A stretch of DNA of 54,201 bases, taken from Candidatus Thorarchaeota archaeon (GTDB lineage: Archaea > Asgardarchaeota > Thorarchaeia > Thorarchaeales > Thorarchaeaceae). Positions 19,065-29,238 of this stretch are shown here, in pieces. Each line of letters starts with the position of its first letter. Position 1 is the stretch's first letter. Below the pieces are notes generated by a model. That model was not told the DNA's origin. It did no database searches and saw nothing but the letters and a program-made list of their open reading frames with translations. Made by a program: the position numbers and the translations under genes. The DNA lies in contig JAGSHN010000011.1 of assembly GCA_029855935.1 (NCBI GenBank), positions 1-54,201 on the forward strand. Reading direction: 5' to 3'.

Positions 19065-20843
19065 CTATGCCTCATCCGTCAAGGGAAGCCGGACGCAGAC
19101 GCGTAGGCCCTTCTCCGGCTCACCCTCCACCCGGTCTGAGACAATGATGTCCCCGCCGTATCGCTTCACTATTCTCCAGACGAGATGCAGCCCCACGCCA
19201 CCGTATCGTCGGTGTGGGTCGAACAGGTCGCGCTTCTTGGAGTCTGACAGACCCGGGCCGTTGTCAGTGACGCAGAGCAGGAACATCGAGTTGAGCCGCC
19301 TACCCGAGATCCAGACGCGTTTGTCGTCGGCGGGATTGTGCTTGACGGCGTTCTCCAGGATATTCCGCAGCATCTGGCCGAGAGCGTTGTCGGCAAGCAC
19401 CATCACTCTCTCAGGCATCTCCTCGATTGTCGGCATCACGCCCAGTTGTTTCTGGACGAGGTCACACTCCATCTTCAGCACAGCAGATAGATTGACTGGA
19501 CCTTGAGATGCGGACCCCACTGCCTCGGTCCTTCTCACCTTCGATATGATCTCAAGGCAACGATTGACCCCGTCTCGGATGTACGCGCGTGCCACATCGG
19601 TGTCATCTGGACTTGGCCGCGACTCAAGCATGTCCGCACCCATCAGCACGAGCTGAAGCTGATTGCCCACGTCGTGCATCAGCAGGTCGAGCAGGAACTG
19701 AGCCTCCATCCTGGCCTCTATCAACTGCGATATGTCCGTGACAACTGTCAGCGTCCCGGTGTACCCGCCCTCAAGATCGTAGAGCGGTGACACGGACAGC
19801 AGCACAGGAATCCTCCGACCAAGCCGGGTGATCAGTTTGGCCTCGTATAGTTCTGACATGCCAGCCGTGTGACGTCGGCGCAGGTCGAACATCTGTGGGG
19901 AGCTCCATCCAGCGATTATGTCGGACGCCGGCTGGCCGACAAGGTCGTCCGGGCTATCGTATTCCAGCATCTCGCACAGTGATGTGTTCACCAGTGTGAT
20001 CGTGTTCTGGGCATCCTCGACGAATATCCCTGAGAGCATGGTCTCTATGAGGGTCCGGTACTTGCGCTCACTCTCCTCCAGCCTGCGCCGGCTCTCAACC
20101 TCGGAGCTGATGTCGATGAGGTGGGCCACGGAATATGGCTCTCCGTCCCTTCCGATGAGGGAGGTGCTGTGCACTCTGAGCGTGGAGTACGAGCCGTCAG
20201 CGCGCTGGACGCGGAACTCGTAGACAGGCGTCACGTCCGCCCTCTCAAGACGCAAGCGGTACCGGTTGGCCACTATCCCTCGGTCGTCCGGATGAATATA
20301 GTGTCTGAAGTCGACACCCACTATGTCCTCACGGGGCACGCCGATGATCTCGGAGAAGCGATGGTTTGCGTAGACAACACGGAACTCCTTGTTGGCTATC
20401 ACAACGCCGACATCAGACCCCTCAGCCAGAATGTGATAGATCGACTCTCTGCCCACAGGCATCTCGTTCTCGTCAGACACCATTGTCAGGTCCAGAAGAG
20501 CCACCGTCAGCAGTCCGTCCTCACCTGGCTCTCCAGCGAGGACCAGAAGAGGTCGTGCCAGACCCCCTGTCATCAGATGGGCCCTGATTGACGTTCCCGC
20601 TGCCGGGGGCGGTTTCTGTGTCAGAAACGCACGCACTCTCTCCCGTTCGTCCGCCTCGAAGAAGCCGAGTAGGGTCCTGCCCGGCCTCTCCATCCCCAGA
20701 AGTCTCTGCGCAGCCCTGTTGGTCTGTTGGATGACAAGGTCTTGGTCGAGCCTGATGAGGGCGATTGGAATCTCCTCACAGGATAGAGAGAAGGAATTGC
20801 TGGTTTCGGCGCTCCCTGGGGAGCCTTCCTGTCTGTCGTTCAA
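19065..20843 (-). CDS. Multi-PAS sensor histidine kinase
   Basis: Three PAS-like repeats; H-box LMHDVGNQLQ, N-box ILENAVKH, G1 DNGPG and G2 GGVGL. Confidence 0.92.
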   Translation of the reverse strand: MNDRQEGSPGSAETSNSFSLSCEEIPIALIRLDQDLVIQQTNRAAQRLLGMERPGRTLLGFFEADERERVRAFLTQKPPPAAGTSIRAHLMTGGLARPLLVLAGEPGEDGLLTVALLDLTMVSDENEMPVGRESIYHILAEGSDVGVVIANKEFRVVYANHRFSEIIGVPREDIVGVDFRHYIHPDDRGIVANRYRLRLERADVTPVYEFRVQRADGSYSTLRVHSTSLIGRDGEPYSVAHLIDISSEVESRRRLEESERKYRTLIETMLSGIFVEDAQNTITLVNTSLCEMLEYDSPDDLVGQPASDIIAGWSSPQMFDLRRRHTAGMSELYEAKLITRLGRRIPVLLSVSPLYDLEGGYTGTLTVVTDISQLIEARMEAQFLLDLLMHDVGNQLQLVLMGADMLESRPSPDDTDVARAYIRDGVNRCLEIISKVRRTEAVGSASQGPVNLSAVLKMECDLVQKQLGVMPTIEEMPERVMVLADNALGQMLRNILENAVKHNPADDKRVWISGRRLNSMFLLCVTDNGPGLSDSKKRDLFDPHRRYGGVGLHLVWRIVKRYGGDIIVSDRVEGEPEKGLRVCVRLPLTDEA

Positions 20844-21052
20844 GGCGGTCTAGACCTGTTGTGATTGATCAGCCAGTTGGTGTAGTGGTGGAAGCGCAAT
20901 AGAGGGGTTGACTGTTGATGCATTTCATTTAGATTTTTCTAGACTCCGAAGTGGCATCACCCAGAGTCTTGTGGCCAGTCCTTGGCCCGGGCAATACCTT
21001 AAAGTGGCTCCTGTGGACGAAGAGAGGCCCACGTGAGCAGGAGCAGAATGAT

Positions 21053-21541
21053 ATGGCCCAATTCCTGATAGTCGACGTTCATCGATGCACTGGTTGCAGG
21101 AACTGTGAGCTTGCGTGTTCCGTACGCAACAGGAACACCTTCTCTCCGGCTCTGGCCCGAATCCGCGTGGTGCGAGACGAGGCACGAGGCCTTGTCGTTC
21201 CTGTGGTGTGCCTGCAGTGTGAGGAGCCCCTGTGTCGTGACGCCTGCCCAGTTGGGGCGATAGTCGAGGGTGTCTCAGGAGTACTGACAGTCAATCAGGA
21301 TCTGTGCATCGGCTGCGGAAACTGCGTGACGGCCTGTGTCTACGGCGGGATAGTCCTTGAGCCAGTTTCCCGCAGGGCCATCAAGTGTGACCTCTGTGGT
21401 GGCGACCCTGCCTGTGTGGAGGCCTGTGAGTACGGTGCGCTCACAGTGGGCGACAGTGCATCGACAGACCGTGCCGACCGTGCCAGGGGAATGAGTCCTG
21501 TGCTCAGGGAGTACGGGTTGGTGACGGAGGTGCGAGAGTGA
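21053..21541 (+). CDS. 4x[4Fe-4S] electron-transfer subunit of AOR
   Basis: CTGCRNCELAC, CLQCEEPLCRDACP, CIGCGNCVTAC and KCDLCGGDPACVEAC; overlaps the AOR start (GTGA). Confidence 0.92.
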   Translation: MAQFLIVDVHRCTGCRNCELACSVRNRNTFSPALARIRVVRDEARGLVVPVVCLQCEEPLCRDACPVGAIVEGVSGVLTVNQDLCIGCGNCVTACVYGGIVLEPVSRRAIKCDLCGGDPACVEACEYGALTVGDSASTDRADRARGMSPVLREYGLVTEVRE

Positions 21542-23472
21542 CGTTCTCATACGGCGGCTACGCTGGCAGGTATGCTGAGGTGGACCTGACCGCTGGACGC
21601 GTACACGTGAGAGAGATGGAGCGCGAGTGGGCCCGGTTGTGTCTTGGCGGTACGGGTGTCGCTGCAAAGATACTGTGGGAACGCACTGGCCCGCAGACAG
21701 ACCCGCTTGGTCCTGACAATGTCTTAGTCGTCGGCACCGGGCCGCTGACGGGCGTGATGTTCTCTCCTGCAGGTAGGATGATGTTCGCCTCGAAGAGCCC
21801 GCTCACGGGCATATGGGGTGAGAGTCACGTTGGTGGGTTCTTCGGCCCCGAGATGAAGTATGCCGGCTTCGACTTCGTCATCGTCACGGGTAGGTCGCCC
21901 AGGCCGGTCTATCTACTGCTTCAGGACGGTGAGGCAGAGCTCCGCGATGCTCACCATCTCTGGGGGCGAGAGACGGGTGAGACGACGCAGATGATCCGTG
22001 AGGAGATTGCGGACCCCACTGTGAAGACCGCCGTCATCGGCCCAGCCGGAGAGAACGGGGTGTTGTACGGCTGCATCATTGTCGATCAGTATCGTGCTGC
22101 CGGCAGGACCGGGATGGGCACAGTGATGGGGTCGAAGAACCTCAAGGCCATAGCGGCAACGGGCTCGCTACCAATCGAGGCTCACGATATGGAACGCTAT
22201 CTTGAGGCGAATGGGCAGGAGATGGAGAGGCTGCGCGACCCTCTGTGGACGGACTCACTGGCCTCTCTCAGAAAGTACGGCACGACAGACCTTGTGGCCA
22301 TAATCAACGAGATCGGACGGCTGCCGACAAAGAACCACTGGACGGGATACTTCGAGCACGCGGAGGACATCGGCCCCGAGGTGATCGCAGAGCGCTATCG
22401 CCTCACTCAGGAGGCCTGCTATGGCTGTGCCATCGGCTGCAAGTATGTGTACCGTGTCCGTGGTGGACGTTTTGCCGGTGGTCCTGCTGGTGGCCCCGAG
22501 TACGAGACGATAATGGCATTTGGCTCAAACTGTCTGAACAACGACATCGAGTCCGTGATGTATCTGGGTCACCGTTGCGATCAGCTCGGAATGGACACAA
22601 TCTCGTGCGGCAAGAGTATCAGCTTCGCGATGGAGCTCTGGGAGAAGGGCATCCTCGGACCGGACGACACGGACGGTCTGAGTCTAGAGTGGGGCAACGT
22701 CGACACGATGACAGAGCTTGTGGAGCGGATTGCGAGGCGTGAGGGTCATCTCGCCACCCTGCTCGCTCAGGGTACCCGGCGGGCTGCGGAGGTCATCGGT
22801 GGAGATGCTTGGAGATACGCCATTCACTGTAAGGGCCTTGAGGCGTCGGGACAGGACCCACGGGCTCATCAGTCAGTTGGGCTGACCTATGCGACGAACG
22901 TCCGTGGTGCGGACCATCTGCGCAGTCTGTCCAGCCTTGAGGAGCTGGGCTATCCTGAGATTGTGATCAAGAGGTTTGGCAGAGAGAAGGCGGATGAGAT
23001 ACTCAACATAATGTCGCCGAAATACAAGGGCGAGCTCATCTGGGACATGGAGAACCTCTATGCTGTGGTCGACTCCGCCGTCATCTGCAAGTATGGCACC
23101 ATGTGGCCTCCCGTCTACTACTATGAGACCTTCGCCAACGTTCTGCCCCCGTTGACAGGGATGAGCGAGTGGGGCGACGTGAGATACGTAATCGACGCAG
23201 GGCGGAGGATATCGCACCTGCGGAGGGCATACAATCATCGTCTTGGCATCACGCGAGAGGACGAGACTCTCCCGCACAGGTTGTTGAAGGAGCCGATGCC
23301 CACAGGTCCGGCGAAGGGCGGTCTGCCCGATCTTGATCAGATGCTGGACGAGTACTACGAGTTCAGAGGATGCGACCCCAAGACCGGACTGCCACGGAGG
23401 GACAGGCTGGAACAACTCGGCCTTGGGTTCGTCGCGGAGGAGCTCGCCACGATGGGCCTCCTCGCAGGATGA
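21538..23472 (+). CDS. aor: Tungsten-dependent aldehyde:ferredoxin oxidoreductase family protein
   Basis: KSPLTG, IGPAGE, GRTGMGTVMGSKNLKA, CYGCAIGC, PEYET, GMDTIS and DPRA. Confidence 0.93.
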   Translation: MTFSYGGYAGRYAEVDLTAGRVHVREMEREWARLCLGGTGVAAKILWERTGPQTDPLGPDNVLVVGTGPLTGVMFSPAGRMMFASKSPLTGIWGESHVGGFFGPEMKYAGFDFVIVTGRSPRPVYLLLQDGEAELRDAHHLWGRETGETTQMIREEIADPTVKTAVIGPAGENGVLYGCIIVDQYRAAGRTGMGTVMGSKNLKAIAATGSLPIEAHDMERYLEANGQEMERLRDPLWTDSLASLRKYGTTDLVAIINEIGRLPTKNHWTGYFEHAEDIGPEVIAERYRLTQEACYGCAIGCKYVYRVRGGRFAGGPAGGPEYETIMAFGSNCLNNDIESVMYLGHRCDQLGMDTISCGKSISFAMELWEKGILGPDDTDGLSLEWGNVDTMTELVERIARREGHLATLLAQGTRRAAEVIGGDAWRYAIHCKGLEASGQDPRAHQSVGLTYATNVRGADHLRSLSSLEELGYPEIVIKRFGREKADEILNIMSPKYKGELIWDMENLYAVVDSAVICKYGTMWPPVYYYETFANVLPPLTGMSEWGDVRYVIDAGRRISHLRRAYNHRLGITREDETLPHRLLKEPMPTGPAKGGLPDLDQMLDEYYEFRGCDPKTGLPRRDRLEQLGLGFVAEELATMGLLAG

Positions 23473-23539
23473 GCCTGTCAGGGAGCGGGCAGTGACCACA
23501 GGAGGGACACGTACAGATGGATGAGCGAATGAGAGGTGG

Positions 23540-24640
23540 ATGGCAGTGCGCGACCTCAGTGTTGAGATAGCCGGCATCAGTTTCCGCAATCCGGTCCTGA
23601 CGGCCGCGGGACCCTTGTCACGTGATGGGATGACGCTGCTTGAGGCCGCACATCACGGCGCTGGGGGTCTTGTGGCGAAGACGGTGAGCGTGAGACCAGC
23701 ACAGGTACCACGGCCGAACATGGCCGCACTTGGTCCCGGCCGTGTTCTCTCCCAGCGTGGGCTGTTGAACGCAGAGCTGTGGAGCGAGCTCCCGCTTGAA
23801 CGCTGGCTTGACCGCGAATACTCCATCGCACTTAGCTCGGGTCTGCCTGTGATTGCCAGTGTCGGCTACACACCGGAGGAGGCCAGCGAGGTTGCAGCAA
23901 AGGTGGAGCGGGCTGGAGTCCACGCGATAGAGTTCAGCACACACTACGTGGGACAGCATGTCGAGATTGCCAAGGCAATCCGGGAGGCCGTCGACATCCC
24001 GATATTTGCCAAGCTCAGTCCCTCCGTCGATGTCAGGAAGGTTGCCAAGTCGCTCGAGAAGTATGTCGATGCCTTTGTGGCCATCAACACGCTAGGTCCG
24101 TGCCTGAGGGTAGACATCGAGACCGGCCGACCGGTGTTGGGGAGCGACAACGGCTACGGCTGGCTGAGTGGCCCTGCTCTGAGGCCACTGGCTGTACGCT
24201 GTGTGGCGGACATCGCGTCGAGCGTGCGCAGACCCGTCATCGGTGTGGGTGGCGTCAGCAGTGGTGCTGATGCCATAGAGTTCCTTATGGTTGGTGCCTC
24301 TCTGGTCGAGGTCTGCACCGCTGCAATAATGAACGGGCCGACTGTGTACGGCCGCATAGCACAGGAGATTGTAGAATGGCTGGATGCTCACCAGTACGAG
24401 TCGTTGGCTGATGTGGTGGGAATGGCACTGCCTCACCTACGCAGGACCGAACAACGACACCCCCCGGCACGTATCGACCGTGAGCTCTGCACGCTCTGTG
24501 GCCTCTGTGAGAGGTCGTGTGTCTATGACGCGATCTCTATCGTTCGAGAACGCGGCACGATCGATGTTGATGCCGGACGTTGTACGGCCTGCGGCCTCTG
24601 CGTGTCTGTGTGTCCACATCGTGCGATAGAGCTCGGATAG
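23540..24640 (+). CDS. Dihydropyrimidine/dihydroorotate dehydrogenase-like FMN protein with C-terminal 2x[4Fe-4S] (PreA-like)
   Basis: NPVLTAAGP, AKT, AKLSP, AINT, LSGPALRP, IGVGG and two CxxCxxCxxxC motifs. Confidence 0.85.
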   Translation: MAVRDLSVEIAGISFRNPVLTAAGPLSRDGMTLLEAAHHGAGGLVAKTVSVRPAQVPRPNMAALGPGRVLSQRGLLNAELWSELPLERWLDREYSIALSSGLPVIASVGYTPEEASEVAAKVERAGVHAIEFSTHYVGQHVEIAKAIREAVDIPIFAKLSPSVDVRKVAKSLEKYVDAFVAINTLGPCLRVDIETGRPVLGSDNGYGWLSGPALRPLAVRCVADIASSVRRPVIGVGGVSSGADAIEFLMVGASLVEVCTAAIMNGPTVYGRIAQEIVEWLDAHQYESLADVVGMALPHLRRTEQRHPPARIDRELCTLCGLCERSCVYDAISIVRERGTIDVDAGRCTACGLCVSVCPHRAIELG

Positions 24641-24641
24641 A

Positions 24642-25976
24642 CTAGACGAACAGTATGTCCTCCAGACCCACAGTGAGTCGCTCGGCACCGCTCTCTGTGA
24701 CCACATAGTCGTTCTCTATGCGTACACCACCAATGCCCTTCAGGTACAGGCCCGGCTCCATTGCCACAACGTGACCTCTCTCAAAGGTGCCCTCCTTTGC
24801 GTAGAAGCTCGGTAGCTCATGTACGTTCAGTCCAATACCGTGACCCAGCCCGTGAAGCATTCCCTCTGAGATCTTCGGGTCGAGCAGCTTTGCCCTGTAG
24901 CCGTACCTCTCCAGCGCCCTGAAGCAGGCCATGTTCACATCCTGAATCCGCACGCCGTCGCGGAGCGCGTCCGCCGCTGCGTCACTCGCCTCCTTGACTG
25001 CATCGAACATACGTCGGAGGTCGTTGTCAACATTGCCACGCACCACCGTGCGGGTCACATCCGCGACGTAGCGCAGGTCCTTCAGTCTTGGGAACACGTC
25101 TATGATTATCGGCACATCCGCACGAACAGGGTCTTCGGGTCGGCCTAGGTAGTGGAAGTCATAACCCTTCTCGCCAACTGCCACTATGGCATCCTCAGCC
25201 GACTCGGCTCTCTTCTCAATCAGAGTGTGGTCGAGCATGTTCTTCAGGCGTCCGACAGTCAGTGGGCTGCCCTCATACTCCAGCCTCCGATTGGCACCTA
25301 TCTCTGAGTCCTTGATCACCTCGACAATCTTGGAGACCGCCTCGATGGTGGCGTCAGCGGCCTTGCGGATTGTCTTCACCTCGTCGTCCGACTTGACAGC
25401 CCTCGCCTCTTCGAAGATATGCGGTAGCACTCTCACCTCGTAGCCCATCTTCTGCAGTGCGACAAGCGTGGATGCTGGGATGTGGTTTGGCACGGCAATC
25501 ACAGAGCCGTTGAACTCGTCGCGGAGCAGTGGCTCGAAGACCCACTCTGGCGCGTCAGCAATTCTCTTTCCCTCGACCATGTAGCGAACATAGATGTCTG
25601 ATGTATCGTAGGTCCTACGAATCCTGCTCTCCTTGACAACGCGCTCAAGGGTGTTGAGTCCGGTTGCGACGATTGTCTCCTCGCCTCGATTATGAAGACA
25701 GATGATGGTGTCTGGCGAGAGAAAACCGGTCAGCCAGAATATGTCCGGTATCTCAAAGCCGCTGCCCTGAAGGACTACGGCATCTACACCCTCATTCTCC
25801 AGAAGACGGTCCAGATCCTCCAGCACTCCAAGTTCCTCAAGTCGGGCTGGCTGTGCCACGATAAAAGTCTTCTTGACAGTGTTTCGCGATGTAGTGTCCC
25901 AGCCGACTGCGGCATTTGTGCTTTCGCCGCTTGTTGTAGATGGGCCGCCGAATCTCGCACTCTCCGTGTGGTTCAT
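24642..25976 (-). CDS. M24 family Xaa-Pro aminopeptidase/dipeptidase
   Basis: IIIDVFP, ADVTRT, HGLGHGIGLNVHE, MEPGLY and GVRIEND; start position uncertain. Confidence 0.92.
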   Translation of the reverse strand: MNHTESARFGGPSTTSGESTNAAVGWDTTSRNTVKKTFIVAQPARLEELGVLEDLDRLLENEGVDAVVLQGSGFEIPDIFWLTGFLSPDTIICLHNRGEETIVATGLNTLERVVKESRIRRTYDTSDIYVRYMVEGKRIADAPEWVFEPLLRDEFNGSVIAVPNHIPASTLVALQKMGYEVRVLPHIFEEARAVKSDDEVKTIRKAADATIEAVSKIVEVIKDSEIGANRRLEYEGSPLTVGRLKNMLDHTLIEKRAESAEDAIVAVGEKGYDFHYLGRPEDPVRADVPIIIDVFPRLKDLRYVADVTRTVVRGNVDNDLRRMFDAVKEASDAAADALRDGVRIQDVNMACFRALERYGYRAKLLDPKISEGMLHGLGHGIGLNVHELPSFYAKEGTFERGHVVAMEPGLYLKGIGGVRIENDYVVTESGAERLTVGLEDILFV

Positions 25977-26339
25977 ACCGGGCGTCCGTGCCTAGGTAAT
26001 CCTCGAATCGGCCTCAAGAGAGGTTGTACAGACCATTTCTGGTCCCTCGCTGTTGCCTGCCGCCTCTCTCAGATCTACCATGTTTCCTACTCTGTAGCCG
26101 GGTTCAGTCAGGATGACAAGGTTTCGGAAACCTAGATCGTACTTCTCACTTCATTTTCAATCCACTCCCGTCCTAGAAGGTAGCGGAATTCGACACAACG
26201 TTATGGACGTGTGCGAAGTCGTGCCGAAGGCACAACCTGGGTCAGGCCCACAGAATTGCTGGATCACATACGCACCTCTTAGGCACGGACGATAGCCCCG
26301 GAGTGAGCAAGGTGAACGGAGAGATGGGGTGACGAATGA

Positions 26340-27374
26340 CTATATCTTCCAATACCATATATCGTCTACTCCACTCAATATCTTACTCGCGTCAAATTCG
26401 GGGTGGTCTAGCACATGTTCTACCTCTTTGACTAGTTCTTTCACGCTATCCCTTTGTATTATGTGCTCCCTAAGACAGTTTGTATATGCACCCCTCACGA
26501 CCTTATCTAGGACTATCCTGAATGATGGGGGTGGTAGTGCGCCATATACCTGAGTAGAGAGACTGCCCAACAGCACCCCTGTGAGAAGGCCTTCTTCAAT
26601 ATTCCCCTCTATGAACTGGGGCAAGAAACCCGCCACAAAAGCGTCACCGCATCCTAGGGAATCTCTTACGGTTCTGCAACTAATAGCAGGCACATAATAC
26701 CATTCTCCATCAGAACGTACGTGGCATAGGACTCCCTTTGAACCTAGCGTCACAACGAAGTCTTTCTGTAGACGCTCCACTCTCTCCAAGCTCTCAATGA
26801 AACTCCTCTTGGTTGCATTGATCAGCTCTTGTTTGTTGAGAAACACGACGTTTGCAGGACTATGTTCTATGGACGCTATACTATACTTGGCAGTAGGATT
26901 CATAGCCATGATAGCTGCACCTTTGTCAGTATCTCCACGAAAAATAGAGTTGATAATGTCCATAGGCAGCTTGACATAGAGCGTTGTATTTTTGTCGTTG
27001 GTAACGATAGTTTCTATGTACGAGCTATAGTCTGAGTGTTGCCAACTTCCAATATCTCTTAGCACCCATATAGGTTCCCCACAGGTTTGATAGATATCCA
27101 CTGTGGTTGTTCTCCTGCCTTCTAGGTCCCTATCCATACATTCAACGAGCAAGTTGTCTTGAAAAGGCTCTAGTCTACTGTGCGTAACACGCGGAGACAA
27201 CCTACCACAGCATGTGTAAAACGATACTAAGTGATTGGCAATTGCCAACCAAAGGGATGTAGATAGTCCCCCGCCACCCAAGAAAGAAGGGCATTGGGGG
27301 AGATAGTGCAAAATGTCTAACTCAAGAAAACCAAGTATCGCTAGATTGTGACCTCTACCATGGACCATACTCAT
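26340..27374 (-). CDS. PfkB/ribokinase-family kinase
   Basis: N-terminal GGGG, FLNKQE, VVTLGSKG and DSLGCGDAFVAG. Confidence 0.88.
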   Translation of the reverse strand: MSMVHGRGHNLAILGFLELDILHYLPQCPSFLGGGGLSTSLWLAIANHLVSFYTCCGRLSPRVTHSRLEPFQDNLLVECMDRDLEGRRTTTVDIYQTCGEPIWVLRDIGSWQHSDYSSYIETIVTNDKNTTLYVKLPMDIINSIFRGDTDKGAAIMAMNPTAKYSIASIEHSPANVVFLNKQELINATKRSFIESLERVERLQKDFVVTLGSKGVLCHVRSDGEWYYVPAISCRTVRDSLGCGDAFVAGFLPQFIEGNIEEGLLTGVLLGSLSTQVYGALPPPSFRIVLDKVVRGAYTNCLREHIIQRDSVKELVKEVEHVLDHPEFDASKILSGVDDIWYWKI

Positions 27375-27376
27375 AC

Positions 27377-27964
27377 CTACATCCTTGTAATCAGAGCCAC
27401 AATACTCTTCGTTACAGCCTCTATACTCTGGCTCCCATCTACTTGCCTCATCAACCCTTTATCTACCATGTCCTTGTAGACTCTCCTAACATTCTCTAGA
27501 AAGCCGTTCTCGGCTACAGCTACTCTTTCGTCTGCGCTCTTTCTTGTCAAGGCTAGTGAAACTGGCACATCAATAAGGATGGTTACATCTGGACATAGAG
27601 AGTATCTGTAGATAGTTTCTATCCACTGAAGAGAGATGCCTTGTGGCACCAAGTAGGCAAAGGCGCAGTAGGGAGATCGGTCGGTAATAATGAAATCATA
27701 CTCTTCTAGTTCCGGCTCGATGATGGACATCATGTAGTAGTTGAGTGCACCAAATACAAGCGCTCTTATGCGGGCCTTGTATTTGTGACTCAGCCCAAGT
27801 GTGAGAATCTTGTCAACGTATTTCCCCATAGGAGTATCAAGCTGGACTATAGACCTCACCCTATAGTCTCTCTCTGACAGAATAGTTTCCAAGCAACGTA
27901 CCTGAGTGGTCTTTCCAGCCCCATCTATCCCTGCTAGAGCTACCCACCTACCTTTGTCTGTCAT
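27377..27964 (-). CDS. tmk: Thymidylate kinase-like NMP kinase
   Basis: P-loop GIDGAGKTTQ, IITDR and PDVTILIDVP. Confidence 0.85.
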   Translation of the reverse strand: MTDKGRWVALAGIDGAGKTTQVRCLETILSERDYRVRSIVQLDTPMGKYVDKILTLGLSHKYKARIRALVFGALNYYMMSIIEPELEEYDFIITDRSPYCAFAYLVPQGISLQWIETIYRYSLCPDVTILIDVPVSLALTRKSADERVAVAENGFLENVRRVYKDMVDKGLMRQVDGSQSIEAVTKSIVALITRM

Positions 27965-28424
27965 TTTCGGTCACCTTCGTCTTTACTATCTCATCTAGAT
28001 AGTTGGAGAGCTCGTCTAGATTCTCTGCCACCCTAAACTTCAGACATCCAAGAATCATAGGGTTCATTTGTCCCTCTATTAGAGACCTCGGATCGGTTCT
28101 TAGACCAACGCACTCTTTGCCATAAGCATAGGCAGCGCCAAGTTCTACACATCCTCCTTCATCGGGTACGCGCCCGTCTAGAATGAAAACTAATATGTCA
28201 CATTCTTTTACCTCTCTCCAGTCCTTTTGGAAAATCAGTTCATGTGCATCTATGGCGCTGGTGTCTTTTACCAATTCTGCCAATTTGTACCCACTCTCTT
28301 GTGGCAAGAAAACATCAAAGCCTTGCATACGAAGGTACTCGGCTACTTCCTTATTGAACGAGAGTTCCGCCTCACTAAACATCGGAGCGGCTAAGTAGAT
28401 CCTAGTCCGCTTCATTGGTGTCAT
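27948..28424 (-). CDS. Nucleoside 2-deoxyribosyltransferase / nucleotide N-glycosidase (NDT/RCL/MilB-like)
   Basis: IYLAAPMF, VFLPQE, IFQKD, DEGGCVELGAAYA and MNPMI; start at 28424 or 28415. Confidence 0.88.
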   Translation of the reverse strand: MTPMKRTRIYLAAPMFSEAELSFNKEVAEYLRMQGFDVFLPQESGYKLAELVKDTSAIDAHELIFQKDWREVKECDILVFILDGRVPDEGGCVELGAAYAYGKECVGLRTDPRSLIEGQMNPMILGCLKFRVAENLDELSNYLDEIVKTKVTENDRQR

Positions 28425-29238
28425 CTCTACTGGAGTTCTGGCTACATAGACCTTTGACCGGGCATAGGTAGCACTTATTACTTGCGCACAGTCCGCTTCC
28501 CAACAGCCATAGGTTTCTATCTGTTTCTGCTGGGTCGATGCTTTCCAATACGGAGGCTTCCACCCATATCTTTGAAAGCTCAGCTGGTAGCCTATTACTA
28601 ACCCGGTCCGAGGAAGAGTCTTCCTCAAGCCCCCTAATAATGCCTAACCTCATACTTACTTTTACATCGTGCCTGTCGATAGGAATGAACGGCATACAGT
28701 CATTATTCATATTGCCCAATAGGCCATTTTCATAGAGTATTCTTATCAATAAACCTCCTGTTTTTTGTCCAAACCCCCTAATCTCTGTAACAAGGTTGCG
28801 CAGCTCGTATAGAGTCGTCGCTTCCTTGATAAGATTTCTCGGATCACAGTCGTATTTTCGACATAGAACCTCAGACAAAGAAAACCAGCGTTTTGCCGCC
28901 TCCGTTGGAAAACGAACTCTCAGATAGCGAGATAGTATTCTAGACAGCCCTTCTATGTCGTTCTCGAAGTTTTCCAGAATATAGTCCGGATTGAACAACT
29001 CACGGAATTCAGAATAGGCGAGTCTTAGCCTCTGATGATAATGGTATGACCTTACGCCGTAATCTAACAGACATCCATAAAAGACATACAGATAGTGATC
29101 CCTAGACTCGTACTCAATATCTTCAGGCAGTTCAATAGTCGCCTTCCTAACTGTTTGAGCATCCCTGAAATAACTATGTAGGGCTCTAGCCGTTTCTCTC
29201 GCCCTATCTATATCGTATTCATAGAATAGGTTCACCAT
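28402..29238 (-). CDS. HhH-GPD superfamily DNA glycosylase-like protein with C-terminal Fe-S motif
   Basis: HhH IRGFGQKTG, PIDRH (catalytic Asp) and C-x4-C-x2-C-x5-C; SD-like GGAGAGGTGG before ATG 29238. Confidence 0.78.
   Translation of the reverse strand: MVNLFYEYDIDRARETARALHSYFRDAQTVRKATIELPEDIEYESRDHYLYVFYGCLLDYGVRSYHYHQRLRLAYSEFRELFNPDYILENFENDIEGLSRILSRYLRVRFPTEAAKRWFSLSEVLCRKYDCDPRNLIKEATTLYELRNLVTEIRGFGQKTGGLLIRILYENGLLGNMNNDCMPFIPIDRHDVKVSMRLGIIRGLEEDSSSDRVSNRLPAELSKIWVEASVLESIDPAETDRNLWLLGSGLCASNKCYLCPVKGLCSQNSSRDDTNEAD

Noticed and set aside
26000-26330. Possible tRNA/att site or gene remnant at the island's left border
   Set aside because: No cloverleaf, no direct repeat matching the right border, and no recognisable protein motif were found by eye.
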